The position numbers and the translations under genes are program-made. A stretch of 64,000 nucleotides of DNA from Candidatus Sabulitectum sp. (GTDB taxonomy: Bacteria; Fermentibacterota; Fermentibacteria; Fermentibacterales; JCC-6), in assembly GCA_023145375.1 (NCBI GenBank), contig JAGLDY010000007.1, positions 4,391-68,390 of the forward strand, written 5' to 3'. Position 1 is the first letter of the stretch; the number at the start of each line of letters is the position of its first letter. Positions 10,199 through 20,818 of this stretch are shown here, one piece after another. The notes under the pieces are model-generated. The model was not told the origin of the DNA, ran no database searches, and saw only the letters and a program-made list of their open reading frames with translations.

Positions 10199-10774
10199 TG
10201 CCATTACGTAGCTGTCTGGATGGATTGCTACGGAAGCAGGATCAGCCACAAGAACTGCTGAAGGATATCCAGTGAACAGTAATAGGTTTGCTATTCCCCC
10301 GGTTTGCTCACTACCTGTGAGCTGAAAAAGCCACATCAAGCTGAGAATTGTTCTGCCGGGATACTTCAAATGCTGTTCAATGATGAGAAACACCAGAGAG
10401 AATGAAGTTGCAGTTAAGGGTGATACAACCCAGAATTGCCAGGGTGGAGGAGCCGACACGGCGAAAACAGCAATTGAGGATATTATTATTCCAGCAAGTG
10501 CCGGAAGGACCCACTCGGCAATTCTAACCTTTTTATTGCCGTCACCTCTGGTGGTAAGGGCCAGGATACCATTCCGGGAATGAGAATTGTTCCAGTTTGT
10601 AAGTAAAAGTACTGCCGGGAACAAAACCAGAAAGGAAACAAGCTGTTCCAGTGCCTTTTCTCCCGGAGTGATCACAAACAGACCAGTCAGCATAGCTATG
10701 GTTAACCACAGTCTGCTCTTGATCCTCACTGCTCTGTTTAACATCGTTTCAGCGGTGAAAGTGACTATCTGCAA
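10136..10774 (-). CDS. Multi-pass membrane protein (possible ABC-2-type permease)
   Basis: About 6 hydrophobic segments; starts 2 nt after the ABC-like gene. Confidence 0.7.
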   Translation of the reverse strand: MQIVTFTAETMLNRAVRIKSRLWLTIAMLTGLFVITPGEKALEQLVSFLVLFPAVLLLTNWNNSHSRNGILALTTRGDGNKKVRIAEWVLPALAGIIISSIAVFAVSAPPPWQFWVVSPLTATSFSLVFLIIEQHLKYPGRTILSLMWLFQLTGSEQTGGIANLLLFTGYPSAVLVADPASVAIHPDSYVMASLVVVFLTTTGYAFLQRRNP

Positions 10775-10776
10775 GT

Positions 10777-11727
10777 TCAGAAATCTACCTCCCCACCAAA
10801 CAAATCAGAATTATCATTAGACTCATCAGGTGGATCAAACATCTTCAGGAGGTTTTCCGGGGGAACAGGTAAAAGGTGCAGTTCAACTATCACCCTTGAA
10901 TTTGCTCTGGATACATGCATCAACTGTGTGATCGCAAAAATGGTATCTGAGTGGGTGAACTGGTAGGCACCATCTGTATGAACAAGGTTCTTCACTCCCT
11001 GGATCTGTTCTATCTGCTTTCTCGGCAGTGAGGGGTAAAAAGAAACCTTTATCTCCGCACCTCCCATAGCCATTGCTGTAATTTCTGAATGTCTCACGGT
11101 TCTGCGTATTCCGGTCTCGTCACAGAGAGCAATGCGCTCTACACCGAATGGAATCTGCCCCAGGGATGATGCCCTGAAAAGAACAGAATTCCCCGCCTCT
11201 GAAAAGCTTTTAAGCCTGGAGTGGAGAGAATCATGTACCGGGCAGTCCACAACCAGAAGTTCAGGTGATAAAGCCATTGCAATTGCCATGGCAGTCCGCC
11301 CCAGCTCCGGAGGTTTAAGGTCTTCAACCGGGATACTGCTTATCTCCTCCAGATCAAGCCATTTCAGAAGTTGTGCCGTGTCAGAGGCTGTGTCTGCTCT
11401 GCTCTTTCCAGAGGCGGTTACAGCCAGGTTGATACAACCCCTGGCTGTCATTCCCGGAGGAGCTGTTACCCTGTTGGTGATAAAACCTGTAGTACTTCTC
11501 CCCCTGCGGGTTGTGGCTGGTTCCATACCACTGCCTGCTATCACTTTACCAACAGGAGGTGATGCTGTCCCTGCGGCATAGTCCGCAAGGATCCTTGCGG
11601 CAGAGTTTTCGTCGCCCAGCAAAGCTGCCATTGTCCCTGCAAGAACTGCGAAATCAATGGAAAGAGGCAGACCTTTTTCCAGCGAAACACCCAGGTACTT
11701 CAGAAGGACTTTTGGCGGTTGCTTCAT
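10777..11727 (-). CDS. Degenerate ABC transporter ATP-binding-like protein
   Basis: Motif order follows an ABC NBD, but Walker A is LLGDENSAAR, the signature is LKPPE and Walker B is ELLVVDCP. Confidence 0.7.
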   Translation of the reverse strand: MKQPPKVLLKYLGVSLEKGLPLSIDFAVLAGTMAALLGDENSAARILADYAAGTASPPVGKVIAGSGMEPATTRRGRSTTGFITNRVTAPPGMTARGCINLAVTASGKSRADTASDTAQLLKWLDLEEISSIPVEDLKPPELGRTAMAIAMALSPELLVVDCPVHDSLHSRLKSFSEAGNSVLFRASSLGQIPFGVERIALCDETGIRRTVRHSEITAMAMGGAEIKVSFYPSLPRKQIEQIQGVKNLVHTDGAYQFTHSDTIFAITQLMHVSRANSRVIVELHLLPVPPENLLKMFDPPDESNDNSDLFGGEVDF

Positions 11728-11730
11728 TCG

Positions 11731-12726
11731 TTATCTTTCCAATTTGGCACAAAGGCTCTTGTCTGCTGTTTCAAGTGCTTTGACCACACCCATACCACTT
11801 CTGCCTGATGTTCTAGGAGTAGCTCCGGTTTCAACACAGCGCAGGAATTCCTCCATTTCAGAATGAAGTGGTTCAAAAGAATCTATCTGCGGACTGATGA
11901 TATCACCTGTGCGGTATGAAAGCTGATATTCGCCAAAGGTTTTGGGTTCCAGAATGTCTACACCCTTATCGAATATCTTTATCTTTTCGTAGGGTTCAGT
12001 GTCATCATAAATGAGCATCTTCCGGCTTCCCACTATTACAGTTTTCCGCAACTTTGACGGTGCCAGCCAGGCTACCTGGACATTGGCAGTTGCTCCACTG
12101 GGGAATCCCAGATTGATGAATGCAACATCCGGGATACCATTCAGGACATAATCGTGCCCGAATGCTTCCACAAAGTCAGGTTCCTCATCAAGCCAGTAGA
12201 AGAGCATGGAAAAGTCGTGGGGAGCAAGATCCCATATCACGGATACATCCTTCTGGTGTAGTCCCAGATTTACTCTTGTACTGGTTATGAATCTGACTTC
12301 TCCCAGTTCCTTGTTGTCAAGGATCTCCTTGATCTTTAGAACAGGGGGAGAGAAGAGGAATGTGTGCCCCACCATGGTGACAAGCCCGTTATCCTCCGCG
12401 TATTTCACCATTTCTTCAGCCTTCTCTGTATCCTCGGCGAAGGGTTTTTCCACAAAGACATGTTTTCCAGCCTGCATAGCTTTCATTGCCAGGGGATAGT
12501 GGCTTGAAACGCTGGTTGCAATAATCACTGCATCTATGGTTGGATCTTTAAACACATCTTCAGCTTCCAGTGTTGTCTCACAGGCTGGAAATCTTTCGGA
12601 TACTTTGCTTAATCGACCAGGGTCCTTGTCGCATATAACTATTTTTCCACTTCTTCTATTGGCGACAATGTTCCTGAGAAGATTAGGACCCCAGTAGCCC
12701 AGTCCGATCACTCCTATGCTGGCCAT
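11731..12726 (-). CDS. Gfo/Idh/MocA family oxidoreductase (probable sugar-nucleotide dehydrogenase)
   Basis: IGVIGLGYWG, GKHVFVEKP, WDLAPHD. Confidence 0.93.
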   Translation of the reverse strand: MASIGVIGLGYWGPNLLRNIVANRRSGKIVICDKDPGRLSKVSERFPACETTLEAEDVFKDPTIDAVIIATSVSSHYPLAMKAMQAGKHVFVEKPFAEDTEKAEEMVKYAEDNGLVTMVGHTFLFSPPVLKIKEILDNKELGEVRFITSTRVNLGLHQKDVSVIWDLAPHDFSMLFYWLDEEPDFVEAFGHDYVLNGIPDVAFINLGFPSGATANVQVAWLAPSKLRKTVIVGSRKMLIYDDTEPYEKIKIFDKGVDILEPKTFGEYQLSYRTGDIISPQIDSFEPLHSEMEEFLRCVETGATPRTSGRSGMGVVKALETADKSLCAKLER

Positions 12727-12850
12727 AACTACCTCCGGTTGAATGTACAGTTAGTATACCCATAGCTGAAAGCTACAACAAAAGAAATCAATGGTAAAGA
12801 GAAGAGTTATCCAGTTGCTCTTTCCGCTAAAATATTATTCATGTGACTGC

Positions 12851-12867
12851 TGTGTCATTATGGCACA
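12851..12867. promoter_or_regulatory. Palindromic operator / putative enhancer-binding-protein site upstream of clpB
   Basis: TGTGTCA-TTA-TGGCACA (one mismatch), about 70 nt upstream of the -24 box. Confidence 0.5.
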
Positions 12868-12935
12868 TCATCTGGCGTATATCACGCATAAAGTAATAAT
12901 ATAAGAATAACACATCAATATTATGTATTTATTTT

Positions 12936-12951
12936 TGGTCTGTGTTTTGCT
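12936..12951 (+). promoter_or_regulatory. Sigma-54-type -24/-12 promoter of clpB
   Basis: TGGTCTGTGTTTTGCT = GG-N10-GC with TTGCT, 26 nt upstream of the ATG. Confidence 0.6.
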
Positions 12952-12977
12952 AATAAACTGGGTAAAAGGAGAAAAAC

Positions 12978-15560
12978 ATGACAATGGAAAAACTTACCAT
13001 AAAGGCCAGAGAGGCGGTTACCGAAGCCGTCAACTCTGCTTCTTCAGCAGGCAACCCGGAGGTTACTCCCCTGCACATTCTCTCTGCGCTTGTAAATGAT
13101 GATTCAGGAACGATCCCCGGAGTTCTGAGCCGGCTTGGAGTTCAGCTTTCTAACCTGACAGACAGAATTACTGAAGCCATGGGCAATCTTCCCAGGTCTT
13201 CCGGAGGAGCGCAACCGATCTTGTCCCGTTCATCTCTGAATGTCCTTAAGGATTCAGAGAAGGTTTCCCGCAGAATGAAAGATGACTTTGTTGCCAGTGA
13301 GCACATCTTCATGGCTATTCTATCCACCAGTGGACAGGCAGCTGAGATCCTTCATGAAATGGGAATTACTGAGCAGAACTTCCTTGAAGCCCTGTCGGAG
13401 ATCAGGGGCTCTTCAAGGGTAACAAGTGAGAACGCTGAGGACAGCTACGAGGCTCTGAAAAAGTATACAAAGGATCTTACAGCCCTTGCCAGGCAGCAGA
13501 AGCTGGACCCGGTGATAGGTAGAGATGATGAGATAATGCGCACAATGCAGATACTCTGCAGACGCAGGAAGAATAACCCGGTTCTCATCGGTGAGCCCGG
13601 GGTGGGAAAAACCGCCATAGCGGAAGGGCTTGCAGGGAGGATAGCAGAGGGTGATGTCCCGGAGACTCTTAAGAACAAAAGTCTCATGTCTCTGGATATG
13701 GGTTCTCTCATTGCCGGAGCGAAGTTCCGTGGAGAATTTGAAGAGAGGCTGAAAGCAGTTCTTGCAGAGATATCTGCAAGTGACGGAAGAGTGATCCTTT
13801 TCATTGATGAGATGCATACACTTGTTGGAGCGGGAGCGGCTCAGGGTGCTGTAGATGCAGCGAATATGCTTAAGCCGGCTCTTGCAAGGGGTGATCTGCA
13901 CTGTATTGGCGCTACTACTCTTGATGAGTACAGAAAGTACATAGAAAAGGACGCTGCCCTGGAGAGACGGTTCCAGCCTGTTCTTGTTGAACCCCCTTCA
14001 GTGGAGGATACTGTCAATATCCTCAGGGGACTCAGAGAGAAATATGAGGTTCACCATGGGATCTATATTCAGGACACGGCTCTGGTGGCAGCTGCAACTT
14101 TAAGCGACAGATACATATCCGACAGGTTTCTCCCGGACAAGGCAATAGACCTTGTTGATGAAGCCGCAAGCAGGCTTCGGATCGAGATAGACAGTATGCC
14201 TGCAGAGGTGGATGCCCTTAAGCGGCAGATCATCAGGCTTGAGATCGCCCGGGAAGGACTGAAACGGGAGCGGGACAAAGCGTCAAAGGCTAAACTGGGT
14301 GAAGTGAAAAAGGAGATTGCAGATCTAAAGGAAGAATACTCCTCCCTTGAGGCAAAATGGAAAAATGAAAGGGAGGCTATCAACCGGACACGGGAGCTTT
14401 CCCGGAAGCTGGATGACCTTAGAATTCAGGAAAAGAAGGCGGAGAGAGATGGTAACCTTTCCGAGGTTGCCCGGATAAGATACGGAGACCTTCGGACGGT
14501 TACCGATGAGCTCGAAAACGCCAGAAAAGCCCTTGCAGTTCTCCAGGAGAACGGAGCAATGCTCACAGAAGAGATAACAGCAGAGCAGATAGCCTCTGTG
14601 GTCTCCAGGTGGACCGGTATTCCAGTGTCAAGAATGCTTGAAGGTGAGAGGGAAAGACTTCTTCAAATGGAAGAAGGGCTTAAAGAGAGTGTTATCGGGC
14701 AGGACGCAGCGGTGGGAGCAGTATCAAGGGCCATACGCAGGGCTCGGGCCGGGGTTCAGGATCCAAATCAGCCCCTGGGCAGCTTTATCTTCATGGGCCC
14801 CACAGGCGTTGGCAAGACAGAGCTGGCAAAGAGTCTTGCAGAGTTTCTCTTTGACAGTCCTGAAGCCATGATCAGAGTTGACATGAGTGAATTCATGGAG
14901 AAGCACTCAGTATCAAGGCTCATTGGAGCTCCCCCGGGTTATGTTGGTTACGATGAGGGCGGTTATCTCACAGAAGCTATTCGCAGAAAGCCTTACTCTG
15001 TTGTGCTCTTTGATGAGATAGAAAAAGCTCACCCTGAAGTGTTCAATGTTTTCCTTCAGATCCTTGATGAGGGAAGACTGACTGATGGTCAGGGCAGAAC
15101 AGTGGATTTCCGCAATTCTGTTCTTATCATGACATCAAATCTCGGAAGTGACTGGATAGGAACCATCGGCAGAGAGCTGGATCCAAAGGAGAGAAAGAAG
15201 AGAGCCACCGCGGAACTTGAGGCTAGATTCCGTCCTGAGTTCCTTAACAGGATCGATGAAGTGATCATCTTTGATTCTCTCAGCCGGGAACAGATCCGTG
15301 GCATTGCAGCGATCCAGATAAACAGGCTTAATGCTATTCTTGCCAGTCAGGATCTTACCCTTTCCGTTTCTAAAAAGGCACTTGATCACCTTGCCGAGCA
15401 GGGGTATGACCCTGCTTACGGTGCCAGACCTCTAAAAAGAGTTGTTCAGCGTGAGATTCAGAACAGACTGGCCGAAGCCATTCTCAAAGGGGATATTCCC
15501 GAGGGTAGCAGTATAAGAATTGATCTTGACGGTGATTCTCTGGTTTTTGTACCGGAGTAA
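12978..15560 (+). CDS. clpB: ATP-dependent chaperone ClpB
   Basis: [19 protein letters not shown], coiled-coil M domain, [26 protein letters not shown]. Confidence 0.98.
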   Translation: MTMEKLTIKAREAVTEAVNSASSAGNPEVTPLHILSALVNDDSGTIPGVLSRLGVQLSNLTDRITEAMGNLPRSSGGAQPILSRSSLNVLKDSEKVSRRMKDDFVASEHIFMAILSTSGQAAEILHEMGITEQNFLEALSEIRGSSRVTSENAEDSYEALKKYTKDLTALARQQKLDPVIGRDDEIMRTMQILCRRRKNNPVLIGEPGVGKTAIAEGLAGRIAEGDVPETLKNKSLMSLDMGSLIAGAKFRGEFEERLKAVLAEISASDGRVILFIDEMHTLVGAGAAQGAVDAANMLKPALARGDLHCIGATTLDEYRKYIEKDAALERRFQPVLVEPPSVEDTVNILRGLREKYEVHHGIYIQDTALVAAATLSDRYISDRFLPDKAIDLVDEAASRLRIEIDSMPAEVDALKRQIIRLEIAREGLKRERDKASKAKLGEVKKEIADLKEEYSSLEAKWKNEREAINRTRELSRKLDDLRIQEKKAERDGNLSEVARIRYGDLRTVTDELENARKALAVLQENGAMLTEEITAEQIASVVSRWTGIPVSRMLEGERERLLQMEEGLKESVIGQDAAVGAVSRAIRRARAGVQDPNQPLGSFIFMGPTGVGKTELAKSLAEFLFDSPEAMIRVDMSEFMEKHSVSRLIGAPPGYVGYDEGGYLTEAIRRKPYSVVLFDEIEKAHPEVFNVFLQILDEGRLTDGQGRTVDFRNSVLIMTSNLGSDWIGTIGRELDPKERKKRATAELEARFRPEFLNRIDEVIIFDSLSREQIRGIAAIQINRLNAILASQDLTLSVSKKALDHLAEQGYDPAYGARPLKRVVQREIQNRLAEAILKGDIPEGSSIRIDLDGDSLVFVPE

Positions 15561-15571
15561 GTGTGGTTGTT

Positions 15572-15596
15572 CGTCCGGGGAGTAAATCCCCGGACG
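15572..15596 (+). terminator. Hairpin downstream of clpB
   Basis: CGTCCGGGGA-GTAAA-TCCCCGGACG, 10-bp perfect stem; no U tract. Confidence 0.55.
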
Positions 15597-15663
15597 GTAT
15601 GTTGAACTTGCAACCAGCTTGGTATAACCTGCATATTCCCTCTTCCACTGGAAGGGGTTTCTT

Positions 15664-17106
15664 TTGAGGATCGCACTTGTTGTTCCCCCATGGGGACCGG
15701 ATGACATAAGAGCGAAAGACACCCGGGGGATCAGCGGATGCTGGCCTACTCCCGGGCTTCAATACATCGCTGCGGTTCTTCGTGACCGCGGGCATCAGGT
15801 TAAATTTCTTGAGGGTTTCTTTTACACAAATGATACAATGCGCCGGATGGTGAAGGAATTCAGAGCCGAGGCTGTAGGGGTATATGTAATCAGTCTTCTA
15901 TGGGAACAGGCATCAACCTTTATTACCGATGTGAAGAGCGACAATCCGGGAATATTCAGTTTTGTCGGGGGCCATGGTGCAACAGCCATGCCCGACAGAT
16001 TGATGGAGGAGTGCAAGGCTCTTGATGTCATCGTTGCCGGAGAGGGTGAAATTACCGCTGGAGAACTGATCGATGCAGTTGCTGACGGTGGAGACATTAG
16101 CGTTGTTTCCGGGATCCTTTATCGTGATGAGAACGGTGCTGTAAAAAAAACAGGCAAACGGCCAATGATCCAGGATCTTGATGTACTGCCCTTCCCAGCT
16201 GTGGAACTATGTGAGATCGAGCGTTACTGGCCCAGTTTCGAACAGGTTTCTACCGTTCCTGCCATGCAGATGCTGGCAAGCAGAGGTTGTGATGGTTCGT
16301 GCATATACTGCTACAAGATGTACGGCAGGCACATCCGATTGAGAGACCCTGTTAAGATCGTTGACGAAATAGAAAGCTATGTTAAGAACTACGGTGTGAG
16401 GGAGATCAAGTTCTGGGATGAACACTTTACCTTTGACCATGACCATGTTTACAAATTCTGCCAGGAGATGATCGATAGAAATGTAAATGTAAGGTGGTGG
16501 GTTTCCTGCCGTGCGGATTCAGTGGACAAGAAGTTGCTCCGGGCAATGAAGGCGGCAGGTTGCTGGTGCATTAATTTTGGAGTTGAAAGCGGTGTCCAGA
16601 AGAATCTTGATACCCTGCTGAAGTTTGAAACCATAGAGCGTATCAGACTTGCCGTGAAGCTTGCTCACAGCGTTGGAATAAAATCACACACGACATATAT
16701 CTTCGGCATTCCAGGCGAAACCTATGAGGAAGGTCTTCAAACAATTAACTTCGCAAAGGAGCTTGGAAGTTTTACTGTTGAGTTCTTTCCCATAACACCA
16801 TTTCCCGGTACTCCTCTTTACAAAGGCGTTATGCAGGGTAAGTTCGGTGAAATGTCCAGTAATTTAGACGACCAGGGAATGCTTCTCGACAGGCCCTGCT
16901 TTGTTCCATTCAGCATGACAGCCGACGATATTATGGAGTTAAGGAGGCTTGCGTACATCCGGTATTTCCTCCGTCCTTCTTTTGTTGTTTACCGACTGAA
17001 AAACCTTATGTCTCCATTTCAGCTCAGGGCTATGTTCCACGGAGCGTGGAGTCTTCTTCAAATGGTTGGTGAGCAGGTAGACAAGCTGGTAAAACCGAAG
17101 GGCTGA
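15664..17106 (+). CDS. Cobalamin-binding radical SAM protein
   Basis: N-terminal B12-binding domain (GGHGAT, GEGE); SRGCDGSCIYC; FWDEHF; GVESG. Confidence 0.93.
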   Translation: MRIALVVPPWGPDDIRAKDTRGISGCWPTPGLQYIAAVLRDRGHQVKFLEGFFYTNDTMRRMVKEFRAEAVGVYVISLLWEQASTFITDVKSDNPGIFSFVGGHGATAMPDRLMEECKALDVIVAGEGEITAGELIDAVADGGDISVVSGILYRDENGAVKKTGKRPMIQDLDVLPFPAVELCEIERYWPSFEQVSTVPAMQMLASRGCDGSCIYCYKMYGRHIRLRDPVKIVDEIESYVKNYGVREIKFWDEHFTFDHDHVYKFCQEMIDRNVNVRWWVSCRADSVDKKLLRAMKAAGCWCINFGVESGVQKNLDTLLKFETIERIRLAVKLAHSVGIKSHTTYIFGIPGETYEEGLQTINFAKELGSFTVEFFPITPFPGTPLYKGVMQGKFGEMSSNLDDQGMLLDRPCFVPFSMTADDIMELRRLAYIRYFLRPSFVVYRLKNLMSPFQLRAMFHGAWSLLQMVGEQVDKLVKPKG

Positions 17107-17111
17107 ACTCT

Positions 17112-18104
17112 GTGAATGTTACTGTAGTTGTTCCGGTACACAACAATTCCAGCACTTTGAAAAGGGTCATCGCGCCTTTGAAGAAGGAGCTTCTTCCCGG
17201 AGACAGAATTCTAGCGGTTGATGACCGGTCGGTGGATAATTCATGCTCCATCCTCAGTGAACTTGAGATAGAAACAGTAGCCAGTTCAGGGAAGCCTGGT
17301 GCTGCTGGAACAAGAAACACCGGCGGGTTCCTTGCAAAAACAGATTGGATACTTTTTGTTGATGCTGATGCTGTAGCTCCTGAAGGATGGAGAGAACATC
17401 TCAGCAGACGAAGCGGAGGTGTCCAGGCAGTTCAGGCTGTTTACAGCAGGAATGCAGTGGGTAAGTCTGCTGCCACATTCTACAAGAATTACTACTACTT
17501 CCATACATTCACCAGAAGGATCCGAGGACCCTACATCAAAGGATGCGGTACTTTTTTCTTTGCAGTAGAAGCAGATGTTTTCGGGAAGCTCAAGGGATTC
17601 GATGAGAATATTGCCGGAGCCACCATCGAAGACGCTGACTTTGCCGAGAGACTATGGGCCAGCGGTGGCAGGATAATCATTGCCCCGGAGATAGAGGTTT
17701 TCCATCTCAGGGAATACACCACGAATGAACTGTTCCGCTATGAGTGGAACATGATGAAGGCAAAGGCTCTTTACATACTCCGCAGAGACGGTTCCCGCGG
17801 AGCTCCCTCCATCAGTGTTGCCGGTTTCAGAGAAATGATCCCTGTACTTTCAGGAGCTTTGTTCTCGTGGGTTTTCATAATAGGTGTTCTTCTGTGGGCC
17901 ACAGGTGTGTCCCAGGGGGTCTTCATTGCAGCCGCTGGACTCCTGGTTACTGGTGCAGGCCAGGCTTCTTTTAAGTACCACGCGGCGCATGATGGCGGTT
18001 TCAGAGGAGTAAGAGCCTGCCTGTTCATTCTTCCGGATCTACTTCTAATAGCACCTGCAACAGCAGCAGCTGTGATGGCTTACCTCGCTGGAAGAAGATA
18101 CTGA
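17112..18104 (+). CDS. Glycosyltransferase family 2 with C-terminal TM helices
   Basis: VVVPVHN, VDDRSVD, RNTG, FVDADA, GFDE, IEDADF. Confidence 0.92.
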   Translation: MNVTVVVPVHNNSSTLKRVIAPLKKELLPGDRILAVDDRSVDNSCSILSELEIETVASSGKPGAAGTRNTGGFLAKTDWILFVDADAVAPEGWREHLSRRSGGVQAVQAVYSRNAVGKSAATFYKNYYYFHTFTRRIRGPYIKGCGTFFFAVEADVFGKLKGFDENIAGATIEDADFAERLWASGGRIIIAPEIEVFHLREYTTNELFRYEWNMMKAKALYILRRDGSRGAPSISVAGFREMIPVLSGALFSWVFIIGVLLWATGVSQGVFIAAAGLLVTGAGQASFKYHAAHDGGFRGVRACLFILPDLLLIAPATAAAVMAYLAGRRY

Positions 18105-19852
18105 TGAGGAAACTTGCACTTCCGGTTCTCGGTTTCATTCTTCTTGCAGGTTTTGCGGTTTATGCCACATCCAGCCTGCGACTTCAGGGACCGGCGGATA
18201 AAGCAGTACAACTCCTTCTTATTCTGCCTGCTGTACTTGTCTTTTCTCTATGGGGAACCCGGGTATTCAAGACAGATCCAGTTCAGAAAGTTATGTCCCG
18301 GTGTGGAAATGTTTCAACAGGGGTTTTTCTGACATCTGTTCTGCTCTTTGTTCTTCTATTCACTCTGTTCATGGCCATTGGTCCACTGAATGGGATACCA
18401 AAAGGGGGAGACGAAGCAGCTTATCTCTTTCAGAGCAGAATATTTGCTTCTGGTGAGACTGCAGCTCCTGTTCCAGCAGTGGACAGCCCCAGGGACCTGT
18501 TCCCCTTCAGACACTTCATCTTCAGAGAAGGGCAGTGGTTTGTTATGTATACACCCATGCATTCTCTGCTGATGGTGCCTTTTACTCTGATCAATCTATC
18601 ATGGCTTATGGGACCTCTGGAATCAGTTATTGCTCTGTTTGGAGCATTCCTCTTAATGAGGAGGCTTGCAGGGGAGAAAACAGCCAGGCTGGGCATGGCG
18701 GTAATGGCCCTGTCTCCATACTTCCTCTTTATGAGCTCAAGTCACATGGCCCATAACACCAATCTGCTCTTCGTTACCTGGGCATTGTATTTCCTGGTGA
18801 GAGGAGTTCAGGAGAAAAGTTTGTTCCCCCAGCTTCTCTGTGGATTTCTTCTGGGGCTTGCGCTGAATACAAAACCCTATCCTATCGTGCCCTGGTCCAT
18901 CACAATTGCCCTTGTTCTGTTTGTTAAGCTCAGGAAAGAAGCCATTCCAGTTCTTTTTAAAATTGTTGCAGGTGCCCTGATCCCGGTGGGTTTCTTTCTA
19001 ATTTCCAACAACCATTACAGCGGTGACCCTCTTTCTCCTGCATACAACCTTGCAAGAGGGGGCGGGTTAATGGGGTTCGGAGAGAACAAGGCCTGGTTTC
19101 CGGAATACGGAGACCATGCCCATACCCCATTGCGGGGTTTCATCAATCTGCTGAAACAAGCAGGAGCAGGCAGCACCATCCTATTGGGATGGCCTTTCCT
19201 TTCTCTTTTTCCTGCCTGTGCTGTTATGCTTGACCGGAAAATGCGAAAGAGGGCATGGCCTCTGTTCGCAGGAATTCTCCTGATTGTGCCGTTCATGTTC
19301 ATTCATTACAGTGCATCCATTGACTACGGTCCCAGACACTACTACACAGCATTACCAGCCTTTGCCCTTCTTACCGCAGCAGGCTTTGCAGTGATGGTGA
19401 AAAAGTGGGGGAAGCGGGCATCTCTCACCATTACAGGATTCTACCTGCTGTCTACCTTCATGGTTTACATACCCGATGGCATCATGCTCAGGAGCCGGCC
19501 CTGGCAGACAATTGACCCGATACCTGTGGAACTTGCCCGACGGGTGGTTGTTCCACCAGCGGTTGTATTCATGGAGGCCAGTGAACACGGCTACCCGAAT
19601 ATCATGAGTGGACTTCTTGCAACGGACCCATTCCTGGAAGGTGAGATCATATTCTGTGCGCACCAGACCGCTGCGGAGGACAGGGAACATCTTGAAGGAT
19701 TATTCAGTGGCAGGAACGGATATCTTTTCTACATGGATGGCAGGTCAGGATTCGTGGAGCCATGGACAGAAGAACTGGCCAGGCGGCTTACTCCGGAAAG
19801 AGACTTGAGACCGGACTGGGTCCCGGAGAATCTACCGGAAGCCGGAAACTAG
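18104..19852 (+). CDS. GT-C fold membrane glycosyltransferase (ArnT/PMT-like)
   Basis: More than 10 TM segments; first-loop GDEAAY motif; YGPRHYY; TGATG-coupled to the GT2 gene. Confidence 0.8.
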   Translation: MRKLALPVLGFILLAGFAVYATSSLRLQGPADKAVQLLLILPAVLVFSLWGTRVFKTDPVQKVMSRCGNVSTGVFLTSVLLFVLLFTLFMAIGPLNGIPKGGDEAAYLFQSRIFASGETAAPVPAVDSPRDLFPFRHFIFREGQWFVMYTPMHSLLMVPFTLINLSWLMGPLESVIALFGAFLLMRRLAGEKTARLGMAVMALSPYFLFMSSSHMAHNTNLLFVTWALYFLVRGVQEKSLFPQLLCGFLLGLALNTKPYPIVPWSITIALVLFVKLRKEAIPVLFKIVAGALIPVGFFLISNNHYSGDPLSPAYNLARGGGLMGFGENKAWFPEYGDHAHTPLRGFINLLKQAGAGSTILLGWPFLSLFPACAVMLDRKMRKRAWPLFAGILLIVPFMFIHYSASIDYGPRHYYTALPAFALLTAAGFAVMVKKWGKRASLTITGFYLLSTFMVYIPDGIMLRSRPWQTIDPIPVELARRVVVPPAVVFMEASEHGYPNIMSGLLATDPFLEGEIIFCAHQTAAEDREHLEGLFSGRNGYLFYMDGRSGFVEPWTEELARRLTPERDLRPDWVPENLPEAGN

Positions 19853-20020
19853 TTTTACTTGGCTCCAACTTGAAGCAGGCCCCCAGCACCATGGATAACT
19901 TGAACGCTCATGATTGTAATTCCGTAAGGAATTCCCTCAGGAAAACTTGTTTTCCATCAATGGAATGATTATCACTTCTTCTTCAGGAATTCGTTAGTCT
20001 TTATACTCACAGGAGATGAT

Positions 20021-20731
20021 TTGCGCCATATCTGTTTCATGCCTGCGTACAATGCCGAGAAGCTTATGGAGAATGTGATCAGGAGCATCCCTTCGGAAGC
20101 CTGGGACAAGCTGGACACGCTTCTTATAGTGAATGACGGTTCCAGTGATGGTACAGGTGGGCTGGGCAGATCCCTTTCTGCTGAATTTCCCAAAATAGTT
20201 GTTGTTGATCACCGGTCGAACAGGGGTTACGGTGAAGCACAGAAAACTGCCTTTGACTGGACACTGGAAAATGGTATGGACAGTGTTGTCATGCTTCATT
20301 CCGACGGGCAGTATCCGCCTGATTTTCTTCTGAAGATGATCCTTCCTCTTGAGTCCGGTGCTGACGTTGTAGGGGGAAGCCGCACCCTGCATGGTGACAT
20401 GCGAGATGGGGGAATGAGCCAGATCAGATACTGGGGAACAATACTGTTGAACTGGGTTGAGAACACCGTATTCAGAGCGGATCTGAGCAGCTATCACAGT
20501 GGATATAAAGCCTACGGCAGGAATGCTCTTCAGCGGATACCGTACCGCAAGTACTCCCGCACCTTTAATTTCGATTCCGAGATGCTGGTGGGAGCTATCA
20601 GAGCAAAGCTGGTAGTGAAGGAGATCCCCATCCCCACAATACATGGGGAGGGTTATTCAAGCCTGAAACCTATTCCATACGGTTTTAGTGTACTCCACAC
20701 ACTCTGGCGATTCGTTACCAAGAAGATCTGA
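20021..20731 (+). CDS. Glycosyltransferase family 2, DPM-synthase-like (polyprenol-phosphate glycosyltransferase)
   Basis: MPAYNAE, VNDGSSD, NRGYG, HSDGQY, GSR, HSGYKAY, FDSEML. Confidence 0.93.
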   Translation: MRHICFMPAYNAEKLMENVIRSIPSEAWDKLDTLLIVNDGSSDGTGGLGRSLSAEFPKIVVVDHRSNRGYGEAQKTAFDWTLENGMDSVVMLHSDGQYPPDFLLKMILPLESGADVVGGSRTLHGDMRDGGMSQIRYWGTILLNWVENTVFRADLSSYHSGYKAYGRNALQRIPYRKYSRTFNFDSEMLVGAIRAKLVVKEIPIPTIHGEGYSSLKPIPYGFSVLHTLWRFVTKKI

Positions 20732-20818
20732 TCATTCCTTCTTCCATTGAGACATGTTTTAAGTTATACTGACCTCTGGTAAGACATCATTTTGTGTTCT
20801 TGTTCAAAGGAGGGTGCC

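Noticed and set aside
19994..20644. 216-aa minus-strand ORF, and similar ORFs at 37408-37974, 52298-53023 and 60890-61573
   Set aside because: Shadows of well-supported genes or pseudogenes on the opposite strand; no motifs.
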